Both the position numbers and the translations under genes were made by a program. From positions 4,994-68,993 of the IMG/VR virus record IMGVR_UViG_3300025127_000024: 64,000 bases of DNA. The stretch is one strand, 5' to 3'. The notes beneath the pieces were generated by a model. That model worked only from the letters and a program-made list of their open reading frames with translations. It had not been told where the DNA came from and made no database searches. Source of the DNA: a virus. Positions 1 through 8,679 of this stretch are shown here, one piece after another; position 1 is the stretch's first letter, and each line of letters begins with the position of its first letter.

Positions 1-2
1 AT

Positions 3-758
3 CATATAGCTAAGGTTGAGGCGAGAGAGCAAGGTGCTTTTAACTTTTCTTATAAATCAGGAGAGCTTAGAGCTAGATTACCTATTGGTAAAAAGTTTAG
101 TATATCTGCAGGCGCAATATATCGTACACATGAACGAGCTTACGGATATAACCCTATAGAAATATGGTTAAATGAAACAGAAACATTTACGACAGGTGAT
201 GGAGAGGTTGTAGAGTATCCAGTTAATCCATGGTATAGTTTAGGTTTTGAATATGGTTATGATGATATATACTACACGTCAGAAGATGAACTTGGTAATG
301 AAGTAGATGACTGGTATTGGATAGACCCAGCTGGAAACATAGTGGCTTATACTGATTTACAGTTTCGTAACACAGTGTTTAGAGACTTGATCAACCGGTA
401 CAACAATGAGCAGTGGGATCAAATAGGTGAATTTGGTTTAATATCACCAATCATAGGTGCTGACTTTTACCATTTTAAAAATAACTTTTGGCTACATGCT
501 TATGGTAATTATTTACCTGGTTACCACAAATATGTTTCAGGTGATTTAGATTTTAGCTATTTAAACAGAAACAATTGGGGTAAAGGCGGATTGATACAAG
601 ACGCGGAGCCACAGCAATGGGAAGATTACCAGGTAGGAATAAACTTTGGTTGGAAGCTAAACAAACACATAGGTGTTTTTATAGAAGGTGAATATAATAA
701 AATGTGGGATACAAGGTTTTATAATTCTACATTTGGAATAAACTATACATTTAAATAA
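3..758 (+). CDS. 5'-truncated outer-membrane beta-barrel-like protein
   Basis: The frame of ORF 342..758 is open back to the window start (HIAKVEAREQGAFNF...). It has alternating aromatic/polar strands and a C-terminal FGINYTFK typical of a BAM beta-signal. Confidence 0.55.
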   Translation, partial: HIAKVEAREQGAFNFSYKSGELRARLPIGKKFSISAGAIYRTHERAYGYNPIEIWLNETETFTTGDGEVVEYPVNPWYSLGFEYGYDDIYYTSEDELGNEVDDWYWIDPAGNIVAYTDLQFRNTVFRDLINRYNNEQWDQIGEFGLISPIIGADFYHFKNNFWLHAYGNYLPGYHKYVSGDLDFSYLNRNNWGKGGLIQDAEPQQWEDYQVGINFGWKLNKHIGVFIEGEYNKMWDTRFYNSTFGINYTFK

Positions 759-759
759 G

Positions 760-1047
760 ATGGCAGCACCACAAATAGGAGAGGATACAAAGGTAACTTT
801 AGATTTAAAAACAATAGGTATGGTTGTAGGTTTTGTGTTAACCTTGTCTGGTATGTGGTATACCCTACAAGCTGATATTGCAGAAGCTATGGTGAAACCT
901 GAACCTGTTATTGATAGAGTAGAATATGATTTGAAAGACGAGTTGATTCGTCAAACAATTATGGATACACAAGATGATGTTGATAAAATTTTAGAAGATC
1001 TAAAAAAGATTGATGAAAGATTATACGACATACAAAAAAATAGATAA
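760..1047 (+). CDS. single-TM membrane protein with coiled-coil C-terminus
   Basis: Hydrophobic IGMVVGFVLTLSGMWY followed by a charged heptad-like tail. Confidence 0.6.
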   Translation: MAAPQIGEDTKVTLDLKTIGMVVGFVLTLSGMWYTLQADIAEAMVKPEPVIDRVEYDLKDELIRQTIMDTQDDVDKILEDLKKIDERLYDIQKNR

Positions 1048-1454
1048 TGAAATACTTAATTATAATTTTATTTCCTTTACTTTCATTTACACAGTCACAA
1101 GTTCCTGATAAGTATTGGTTAGATGATAATAAATTTAACGCGGCTATATCAAGCAATGCATTTGGAGATGATAATGAAGAAACTATAGTTGTAGAATTTT
1201 GGGCTAAGTTTAACGAGAAGAATTGTTTTGCTGAATGGAGTAAAATAAAAAACGCAAAATACTATAGAGTAGATATATCTAAAGCACCAAAAACAAAAAA
1301 AGAATATAGAGTTAGAATGGCTCCAACAATATTAATATTTAAAAATGGTAATGTAGAAGAAAGTTTTAAAGCTGGATTAGATTTACTATTACCTACTGAT
1401 TTAAATGAAATACAAGAATCAATAAACGAAATAAACAACGCTAATAAATTTTAA
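1047..1454 (+). CDS. exported thioredoxin-fold protein lacking CxxC
   Basis: Signal peptide MKYLIIILFPLLSFTQ, VVEFWAKF in place of WCxxC, and the cis-Pro motif RMAPTILIFKNG. Confidence 0.65.
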   Translation: MKYLIIILFPLLSFTQSQVPDKYWLDDNKFNAAISSNAFGDDNEETIVVEFWAKFNEKNCFAEWSKIKNAKYYRVDISKAPKTKKEYRVRMAPTILIFKNGNVEESFKAGLDLLLPTDLNEIQESINEINNANKF

Positions 1455-1457
1455 ATT

Positions 1458-1670
1458 ATGAGTAATTTTACAAGTCCTTTTATGGCAAAGTCTCCAATCA
1501 TGAGAAAGAAAAAAGGTTGTGGGCACGATAGTCCTGTAACTTTTAAAGGAGCTAACTCTTCAAATTCAGATTGTTGGAAAGGGTATAGAAAAGTAGGAAC
1601 AAAACCATCACCAAGCGGAACAGGTGAAACTGTAAACGATTGTGTAAAGATAGGTAGTAAAAAGAAATAA
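1458..1670 (+). CDS. small basic protein (FTSPFMAKSP leader; CWKGY...CVK motif)
   Basis: ORF track; leader shared with 2285 and 25328. Confidence 0.7.
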   Translation: MSNFTSPFMAKSPIMRKKKGCGHDSPVTFKGANSSNSDCWKGYRKVGTKPSPSGTGETVNDCVKIGSKKK

Positions 1671-1671
1671 C

Positions 1672-1965
1672 ATGGCTTACCAACAACACAACTCTCCTTT
1701 TAATATATCAGACGCTTCTTATGAAAAGTCTAATAAAAAAATGAGAGCAGATCATAAAAAAGAAACTGGTAAAACATTAGGTAAAAGATTAACATCTGGT
1801 AAGAGTAAACGTAGAGTTTCGTTTGCTTGTAGATTTGCTGGAATGAAAGGGCCTATGAAAAAGCCTAATGGTAAACCAACTAGAAAAGCAAAAGCATTAG
1901 AAAAGTGGGGGTTTGGAAGCGTTGCTGCCGCTAGAAGTTTTTGTAATAATAATAAAGAAAAATAA
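1672..1965 (+). CDS. small basic phage protein (RRxSFxxRxxGMKGPMK type)
   Basis: Motif commonly seen in marine phage proteins; tight gene packing. Confidence 0.65.
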   Translation: MAYQQHNSPFNISDASYEKSNKKMRADHKKETGKTLGKRLTSGKSKRRVSFACRFAGMKGPMKKPNGKPTRKAKALEKWGFGSVAAARSFCNNNKEK

Positions 1966-1970
1966 TAATT

Positions 1971-2282
1971 ATGTGGAAATTAACTAAACAATACTGGAAA
2001 GATATGTGGAAAGCTCTATGGAGTAAAACTACTATAGATGATAAAGCTATCGCAACAGTAAAAGAAATAAAGAAAAGATATAAATTAACAGCTGAAGAGT
2101 TAGCTGATGTAGCTAAAGCTATAAAAGAAGTAGGTAATCAGCTTGGAGATATAGACGATGCAATAAAAGGTAAGTCTCGTAAAGGTAGAAAGCCTAAGGT
2201 TAACATGCCTAAGCCTACAAATATGATGTCGCCAGGTAAAGAAGATCCTTATTATAAAAATAGTAAAGAATTAAATAAATAA
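1971..2282 (+). CDS. hypothetical protein
   Basis: ORF track; tight operon spacing. Confidence 0.6.
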   Translation: MWKLTKQYWKDMWKALWSKTTIDDKAIATVKEIKKRYKLTAEELADVAKAIKEVGNQLGDIDDAIKGKSRKGRKPKVNMPKPTNMMSPGKEDPYYKNSKELNK

Positions 2283-2284
2283 AC

Positions 2285-2674
2285 ATGAGCAAATTCTCAA
2301 GTCCTTTCATGGCAAAAAGCCCTATAAATAATAACGGAGATGATGGTAGAAGTTGGTTAGACTGGGCTCAAGATGGATTAACTGCTGGTGGTATGATACC
2401 TGCTGTTGGTGCTATACCTGATATTATTAACACTGTGATTTCTACTGGAAGAGCTGGCTACGCGGGTTTAACAGGTGATTCTGAAGGCGCTAAAAAGCAT
2501 AGTGCTAACGCGGCTTTAAATGCAGCTGCTATTATCCCTGTAGTGGGTCAAGGAGTTTCAGGTGCTAAGCTTATAAACACTGGTAGTAAAATTGCTGGTA
2601 AAGTTAAAAAAGCTAAAACATTTGCACCATATATAATGAGTGCTGCTCCAGCACCAGATGACGGTTTTGAATAA
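2285..2674 (+). CDS. SPFMAKSP-leader protein with pre-toxin (PT-TG-like) helical domain
   Basis: LDWAQDGLTAGGMIPAVGAIPDIIN...AALNAAAIIPVVG resembles pre-toxin domains of polymorphic toxins. Confidence 0.55.
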   Translation: MSKFSSPFMAKSPINNNGDDGRSWLDWAQDGLTAGGMIPAVGAIPDIINTVISTGRAGYAGLTGDSEGAKKHSANAALNAAAIIPVVGQGVSGAKLINTGSKIAGKVKKAKTFAPYIMSAAPAPDDGFE

Positions 2675-2719
2675 GGATCACGAAATAACGGGCGTACCAT
2701 ACCCGAAGATCCTGTAACT

Positions 2720-2747
2720 AAAGGGAGGCATTGCGCCTCCCTTTTTT
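2720..2747. terminator. bidirectional intrinsic terminator between convergent arms
   Basis: AAAGGGAGGC-ATTGC-GCCTCCCTTT hairpin with T-tract, between a + gene and nrdA (-). Confidence 0.85.
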
Positions 2748-2748
2748 A

Positions 2749-4443
2749 TTATCCATCACAAGCAACACAGTCTTCCATAGCTTTACTCGCTATGTCTCCA
2801 CGTAACACAGACTCTGTTCTCATATAGTATAAAGTTTTAATTCCTTTTTTCCAAGCATCTAAATGTACTTTATTAATCCACTTAGGACTTGCTTCAGCTG
2901 GAAAAGCTAGATTTAAACTTACACTCTGATCTATGTATTGCTGTCTTATACCTGCTTGCCTTACTAATTCTAATTGATTTATTTCTTTAAACGTTTTGAA
3001 TACTTCTTTGGTATCTTCGTCTAAACCTTCTATATCTTGAACCGAACCACCATCGGCTAATATCTTGTCCCATATTTCTTTTGTATTTAATTTAAGTTTA
3101 TTTAATACCTTTACTAGTGTAGGGTTTTTTCTTATAAATGTTCCTTTAGCTGATTGCTCTGTAAAAACATTTGCAGCCCAGGGTTCTATTCCTGGCGAAA
3201 CATTTCCGCTAAGCTTTGAGTTGCTAACAGTGGGAGCAATAGCACGAAGGTGAGTATTGCGCATACCAGTACCAACACACCACAAAGGCTCGCCAAACTC
3301 CTCAGCAAGAGCCATACTAGCACGTTCGCTTTCGATTTTAATTTGACTAAAAATTCTTCTTGTTTCATATTGTGATAACAGACCTTCAAATGGTAAACCT
3401 TTTTCTTGTAGATACGTATGCCAACCAAGTACACCAAGACCTAATGCTCTACCTTTTTCGGCAAATCTTACAGAGTTTTCAAAACCTTTTCTGTATTTAG
3501 CTCTTTGTATAAACTCTTCAAGCACTCCATCAAGAAACCATATTGAGTCGTATATTATATTAGTATTTTTCCACTCTTCATATTTAGCTAGGTTTAAGCT
3601 AGACAAACAACAAACAAAACTATGGTTCTCATCTGTATGTAGTACTATCTCACTACATATATTTGTCATGTGAACTTTTAATGCATTGTCCTTGTAAGCT
3701 GGTGGGTTTTGCTTATTTGTATTTCCTTTAAATAAAATATAAGGTTCACCAGTAGCCTTTCGTTTCTGTAAAAGTTTGCTCCACTTTTTTCTAGCGTCCT
3801 GATCTCCTGTACTAAGCTTTCGCATAAACTTATCACCGACGACCGCACATTGATGTAGGTTAAGAGACTGTCTGTTGACATCTCCTTTTGGCTCTCTAAT
3901 CTCGAGCCATTCTTCAAAATCGTCATGTTCAATGTTGATATTAACTGATGCCGCTCCTCTTCGGACAGATCCTTGATTAGTGGCAAGTATAGTTGAATCA
4001 TATATTTTACAAAACGGTACAACTCCGTCGCTTGTTCCATTACCTGTGATTTTAGCACCGGCGGGTCTTATTTGATTTATACCGATACCTACTCCACCGC
4101 CGTGTTTAGCGAGTAGCATCATCTCTAAGTTTTTCTGACCTATGTCAATAATTGAATCAGCGACGTCAATACCAAAGCAACTAATAGGAAGACCCCTATC
4201 AGTACCAGTATTACTAAGCACAGGTGATGCAAGGCATAACCAGCCTTCCCATATGTACTTAAAAAAGACGTCAGCCATTTCAGGCTTAGATATACGCTTT
4301 GCAACTGTTTTAGAAACTCTTTCATAAGCTTGTTTAGGTGTTTCTCCATTATATAAATATCCTCCTCCTATTGTTTTTTTATACACATCGTTATCACCCC
4401 ATTTAGGGTAATCAACTCCTTTCTTCCATTCATTATTCCACAT
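2749..4443 (-). CDS. nrdA: ribonucleotide reductase class Ia alpha subunit (no ATP cone)
   Basis: ISCF, TNICSEI, LGLGVLG and AIAPTVS motifs; KTLYYMR and C-terminal CxxC (CVAC). Confidence 0.95.
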   Translation of the reverse strand: MWNNEWKKGVDYPKWGDNDVYKKTIGGGYLYNGETPKQAYERVSKTVAKRISKPEMADVFFKYIWEGWLCLASPVLSNTGTDRGLPISCFGIDVADSIIDIGQKNLEMMLLAKHGGGVGIGINQIRPAGAKITGNGTSDGVVPFCKIYDSTILATNQGSVRRGAASVNINIEHDDFEEWLEIREPKGDVNRQSLNLHQCAVVGDKFMRKLSTGDQDARKKWSKLLQKRKATGEPYILFKGNTNKQNPPAYKDNALKVHMTNICSEIVLHTDENHSFVCCLSSLNLAKYEEWKNTNIIYDSIWFLDGVLEEFIQRAKYRKGFENSVRFAEKGRALGLGVLGWHTYLQEKGLPFEGLLSQYETRRIFSQIKIESERASMALAEEFGEPLWCVGTGMRNTHLRAIAPTVSNSKLSGNVSPGIEPWAANVFTEQSAKGTFIRKNPTLVKVLNKLKLNTKEIWDKILADGGSVQDIEGLDEDTKEVFKTFKEINQLELVRQAGIRQQYIDQSVSLNLAFPAEASPKWINKVHLDAWKKGIKTLYYMRTESVLRGDIASKAMEDCVACDG

Positions 4444-4669
4444 CTAAGTCTAATTTTTTCTCATTAATCCCTGCTGCTGCCGCGTGCTTTCGTTCTTCTA
4501 CGTGTTTAAGCTCTTCAACAACTTTATCCCACTCTTCCTTACCTATATGTAATTGAAAAGCAGTTAATGTTCCTTGGGCTAAACTAGTAGTGTCTTTTAC
4601 TTCTTGAAGTAAATGCTTTACTACTCTAGTTAATGCCTCAACTTTTAATTTTAATTTGTTTTGTGCCAT
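4433..4669 (-). CDS. hypothetical protein
   Basis: ORF overlapping the nrdA start in operon fashion. Confidence 0.6.
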   Translation of the reverse strand: MAQNKLKLKVEALTRVVKHLLQEVKDTTSLAQGTLTAFQLHIGKEEWDKVVEELKHVEERKHAAAAGINEKKLDLDVE

Positions 4670-4671
4670 GT

Positions 4672-4923
4672 TTATTTTAAAAAATGATTAATCCAAGCTA
4701 TTAAACCATTTAGGTTTAACGCTACTAAGTTCCATTGTTTACGAGATGATACTTGTATGATTACACATATAAAACCTATTATAAATAATATAGGTTCTAA
4801 AGTCCATTGTCCAGCCATAAGAAAAGCCGCGCCCATATATCCAACGCGAGACGCAAACTTTTGATATGACGTTAGCTTATTAGTGTAAGCTAAAAATTTA
4901 AGTAGTGTTCTTTTTCTTACCAT
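4672..4923 (-). CDS. small membrane protein (2-3 TM)
   Basis: Hydrophobic segments; lies between nrdB and nrdA. Confidence 0.55.
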   Translation of the reverse strand: MVRKRTLLKFLAYTNKLTSYQKFASRVGYMGAAFLMAGQWTLEPILFIIGFICVIIQVSSRKQWNLVALNLNGLIAWINHFLK

Positions 4924-5885
4924 ATGTCTTCAAAATCTTCTCCTTCATTTGCTTTGCTATAATCCGTAGGTCTAATAGCGAAAAAATCTGTATGGGTGTG
5001 TCCACCAGTAAGATGATAAAACCAATCAAGTACAGAAGCAGAATCTCTATCAAAGCTAAAGAAACGTCTTTTATCCGTATAACCAAGTTCCATAAGTTTC
5101 TCATTTGTTCTTTTTCTTATAAAGTTTTTTAGATCGTTTGCTTTTAAGTTTTCAATGTCACCCATTTCAAACATTTTATCTATATATTTTTCTTCTAGCT
5201 CTATCATTATTTTAGCAGCTGCATATACATCTTCTTTACAGTCTTCTTTTAACGTAGGTATTTCTTCACACATGTGTCTAAATAATTGACAACCCATTTT
5301 ACTATGTAATGATTCGTCTCTTACAGACCATTTCATTTGTTGACCTATTCCTTTGAGAAGGTTGCGTAATTGAAAAGAGTATAGAACAGCAAAAGCTGAA
5401 TACAAACTAACGCCCTCTGCAAATGCTGAAAACACTGCCAAGCTTCTACCAATGCCCACAGGATCAGACCCGTCATAACTAACCAAGTTATCAAATCTTT
5501 CCGATGTCGCGGGTTCGTGCAGAAACGCTTCAAAATCTTCCAGTCCAAGTGTTTCATTTAAATAACTATATGCAACAGCGTGTATTGTTTCTTGTGAGCC
5601 AAACATCATAGCCATCTGTTGCACTTCGTGTTTTGGAAACCATGATACGACTTTTTGTGTCCAGTAATCTGATACTGCACATTCAGTCTGAGCAAAACCT
5701 AGTAGGATATTTCCTACTAAGTTCTTTTCAGCTGGTGTTAACTTTTCGTTCCAGTCTTTTACATCACCACTCATTGGTATCTCTGTATGTAACCAAAACG
5801 CCTGAGCTTGCTTTAACCAACCTTCTGTGTAATACTCAGGATATTCAAAAGGTTTATACGGTATACGTTCTTTAAATAAACTCAT
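4917..5885 (-). CDS. nrdB: ribonucleotide reductase class I beta subunit
   Basis: QETIHAVAY, AEGVSLYSAF and RDESLH di-metal motifs; start set at MSLFKER. Confidence 0.95.
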   Translation of the reverse strand: MSLFKERIPYKPFEYPEYYTEGWLKQAQAFWLHTEIPMSGDVKDWNEKLTPAEKNLVGNILLGFAQTECAVSDYWTQKVVSWFPKHEVQQMAMMFGSQETIHAVAYSYLNETLGLEDFEAFLHEPATSERFDNLVSYDGSDPVGIGRSLAVFSAFAEGVSLYSAFAVLYSFQLRNLLKGIGQQMKWSVRDESLHSKMGCQLFRHMCEEIPTLKEDCKEDVYAAAKIMIELEEKYIDKMFEMGDIENLKANDLKNFIRKRTNEKLMELGYTDKRRFFSFDRDSASVLDWFYHLTGGHTHTDFFAIRPTDYSKANEGEDFEDIW

Positions 5886-5886
5886 G

Positions 5887-6039
5887 CTAGTGATATATTT
5901 CAAGAGCTAAGTCTATAAAAGGAACATATAACACGTGTGTGGTTTGATGATCTTCGTTGTATGATCTTACACCGAATAAAATACCCGGATAAAAACCTAC
6001 TGACAAACTCCAATTATCTTTTACTTCTTTATAACTCAT
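5887..6039 (-). CDS. small hypothetical protein (50 aa)
   Basis: Read by hand: MSYKEVKDNWSLSVGFYPGILFG...EIYH*, abutting nrdB. Confidence 0.55.
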   Translation of the reverse strand: MSYKEVKDNWSLSVGFYPGILFGVRSYNEDHQTTHVLYVPFIDLALEIYH

Positions 6040-6307
6040 TTATTGTTTTTTTACTTATTATTAATGGTGACGCGTCTTTGTTTTTTGAAATAAAATAAAC
6101 AGACTTGTTTTCCATTACTATAATTTCTTTTGCTTTTTTAAAAGTTTTAGGATATTTTTCTTTAACATATTCTTTAACTTTATTAATAACATTTAACTCC
6201 ATATCTTGTCTGTATTTCTACTAATTCTTTGTATTTAATTTTACCTCTTATTTCCCAACTCCACTTCCACCACTTATCTATATTTCTTTCAGCGTATTTT
6301 CTTCTAG

Positions 6308-6763
6308 CTAAGACTTTTGCTTGCTGAGAATTAGCTTTATTGTTTCGTCGCATTCCTTTTGATTTTGTGGTTTATATAATGTAAATGGTCCTAACTTATT
6401 TTCTGTAATTAATTTCTTAAACATTTTCCATCGCAAAGGAAAAGACTCGTTAGCCCTACCTTTCGTTTCAATTATAAAACCTTTGCCTACAAAGTCAGGT
6501 GTATATTTTATATTAAATATATTTTTATTACCTCTGTTTTTATAATCTCCTTTACCATTACCACATCGTTCATACGACTCAAAAGGAAACTCAAAACCTT
6601 CCATTAGTTCAAATGTTTCTCCTTCATACAATGCTTTTATTTTAGCTTTCTTTAAAGCCATATACATATAACGCTCAAGACCTGAAGCAAATTTTATACC
6701 GTCGTATATTATTTTTTTTGACTGTACAGGTCCTCTTTTTCTTTTATAAGACCTCTTCTTCAT
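6308..6763 (-). CDS. PD-(D/E)xK endonuclease, T7 endonuclease I-like resolvase
   Basis: FASGLE...YTPDF...IIETKG motif. Confidence 0.8.
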   Translation of the reverse strand: MKKRSYKRKRGPVQSKKIIYDGIKFASGLERYMYMALKKAKIKALYEGETFELMEGFEFPFESYERCGNGKGDYKNRGNKNIFNIKYTPDFVGKGFIIETKGRANESFPLRWKMFKKLITENKLGPFTLYKPQNQKECDETIKLILSKQKS

Positions 6764-7055
6764 TTACTTCAATATCATAATGTAAACCGTCATTACCATT
6801 TTGACCTATTACATTCATTCTGTTTAACATTGCTTCTTCTATTTCATCTGTTAAACATCGTTTAGCAGCTTCAATATATAATAATGCGTCCATTAATTCT
6901 TCTTGAACATCAACAAGAAATCTATTTAAGTCTTTTGTTTGACCTTCAATTTCCTGCATCATTGTAGCTCCATATTTCTTTTGACCTACTAAGCTACGTT
7001 CGTCCATCTTCCTTAGTACAGCTTGTACTATCTTATCTTTAGTTTTAATTTCCAT
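6744..7055 (-). CDS. all-alpha NTP-pyrophosphatase-like small protein
   Basis: GQKKYG...QEELMDALLY helical ExxD motif. Confidence 0.5.
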   Translation of the reverse strand: MEIKTKDKIVQAVLRKMDERSLVGQKKYGATMMQEIEGQTKDLNRFLVDVQEELMDALLYIEAAKRCLTDEIEEAMLNRMNVIGQNGNDGLHYDIEVNEEEVL

Positions 7056-7803
7056 CTTTTACAAATGTTCCGTTAATCATTTTACCTGTTCGTTTGCTAA
7101 TAACATTATAAGCATCTTCAATACAATACTCTATTTCAGTACCATGTAGATGAGCTAGGTTTGTAAGTACTACAACCATGTCACCAATTGCATCGTTTAC
7201 TTCATCATGATCGCTTTGTAATAATGCTTTTGCTAATTCACCAGCTTCTTCTTGAAGTTTAACATACTGTACATATGTATTGCCTTTATCATATAAACCT
7301 CTAACCTCTGCCCATGATCTAATCTTATCAAATATAGACCCATCAACTTTAGGATTATGAACAGGATTAAAATAAGCCTCATAAAAAGCTTTATTGTATA
7401 TATAAGATCTATTCTTATTAAACATAGACTCTTTTACATTAGCCATTATCCACGGAATATTTTGTTTGGTAATTTCAAACTGGCCAAATTCCGTTTGCCA
7501 AGTTAAACCTACGTTATCTCGTAATCTGCCTTTTAATTTATTAACAGGCACAGGAAACGTAGACGTTTGTTCTGTTGCATTTATTTTCATTTTATTAAAT
7601 AGGTTTTTATATTTTTTAATGTCAACTTTATAGCCATAAGACTTTTGAAGTTCTATCTCTTTATCCGATATATAATCTATATCGTCTGACTGATCAAGAA
7701 CTTCGTATTCACCCTCCTTATAGCCTTGCATAAGGGTAACTCTGTTATTAAGATCACGTGTAACACCGATCTTTTTACCCGGTATATGGTATAAATAATA
7801 CAT
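7045..7803 (-). CDS. GIY-YIG-like N-terminal domain fused to MazG-type NTP pyrophosphohydrolase
   Basis: N-term YYLYHIPGKKIGVT..R; C-term KLQEEAGELA...DAIGDMVVVL...RTGKMINGTFVK. Confidence 0.75.
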   Translation of the reverse strand: MYYLYHIPGKKIGVTRDLNNRVTLMQGYKEGEYEVLDQSDDIDYISDKEIELQKSYGYKVDIKKYKNLFNKMKINATEQTSTFPVPVNKLKGRLRDNVGLTWQTEFGQFEITKQNIPWIMANVKESMFNKNRSYIYNKAFYEAYFNPVHNPKVDGSIFDKIRSWAEVRGLYDKGNTYVQYVKLQEEAGELAKALLQSDHDEVNDAIGDMVVVLTNLAHLHGTEIEYCIEDAYNVISKRTGKMINGTFVKDGN

Positions 7804-7805
7804 AA

Positions 7806-8447
7806 TTATATTTTATCGTTATACAAATGTAGGTTGTGTGCGTAATGATAATATTCACCAACCTCTATATTTAATTCATCTGCAACTAATTTTTGTATCA
7901 TACTAAAACAGTACTGGTCATTGCAGAAACCGTACCAGAGATCATTAGAACGCATTAAAACAGCCATGTTTAATCTATCGTTTATAATTGTAAACTGTAT
8001 TGCATATGTACAAGGCGTGTCTTTACGATAATGCTTATGTTCTTTACAGTCGTATATACTTATTGCCGCGTGTCTAGTATCTTTTTCATTTCTAAGTTTA
8101 GCAATTACATAGTCTAATTGATCGTTACGATACATTTGCCAACCATAATTACTATTTACATTGCCTTTACTATCAGCCATACGTTCCCATATTGGTGGTA
8201 CTTTACCATACAGCTGTCCTAGTTTTTTAATATTAGGATCACCAGATAAATACCACTGCCATTCAGCTTCAGCATAATCAGGTTTCCACTTACGTTCCTT
8301 ATTAAATATATAATTTTCTAATGGTTTTTCTAACGTAAACCCTACGTTGAATAAAGCTTTTGTACCGCCAAAGTTTTGACCGTCAACTATAATCTTATCA
8401 AGAAAATAGTTATAAGCTTCATCTGCATTTTTAAATTTTCTGCGCAT
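7806..8447 (-). CDS. thymidylate synthase-family enzyme, dCMP hydroxymethylase-like (T4 gp42 type)
   Basis: PPIWERMADSKGNVNSNYGW, catalytic PCT, and MRSNDLWYGFCND with Asp at the substrate-specificity position. Confidence 0.8.
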   Translation of the reverse strand: MRRKFKNADEAYNYFLDKIIVDGQNFGGTKALFNVGFTLEKPLENYIFNKERKWKPDYAEAEWQWYLSGDPNIKKLGQLYGKVPPIWERMADSKGNVNSNYGWQMYRNDQLDYVIAKLRNEKDTRHAAISIYDCKEHKHYRKDTPCTYAIQFTIINDRLNMAVLMRSNDLWYGFCNDQYCFSMIQKLVADELNIEVGEYYHYAHNLHLYNDKI

Positions 8448-8679
8448 ATTTATTATAATAGTATTTATAAAACTCATACATCTGTATCCAAATGGATACT
8501 GGTCCATAAGTTAATGGAGATCTATTTGTTTTATTGTTCATTTTAATTTCTATATACCAAGCTCCCTCTCCATTCGCAAATGGGGATATATATATTCCAT
8601 TGTTTATACACCACCTGTATGCTTCCGTCTCCTCCACAGTAGGCATATATTGTCCCATTACATCTTTCTTTCGTGGCAT
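8431..8679 (-). CDS. hypothetical protein
   Basis: ORF track; abuts the primase-helicase. Confidence 0.6.
   Translation of the reverse strand: MPRKKDVMGQYMPTVEETEAYRWCINNGIYISPFANGEGAWYIEIKMNNKTNRSPLTYGPVSIWIQMYEFYKYYYNKYAQKI

Noticed and set aside
2674-2718. Hammerhead ribozyme
   Set aside because: CGAAA is present but the CUGANGA core is missing.
3065-5875. Alternative-frame and antisense ORFs inside nrdA/nrdB
   Set aside because: Short shadow ORFs with no motifs and no clear compositional signal.
7806-8507. Annotation as thyA with start at 8507
   Set aside because: The specificity residue is Asp (gp42-like), and the upstream extension overlaps the previous gene; start moved to 8447.
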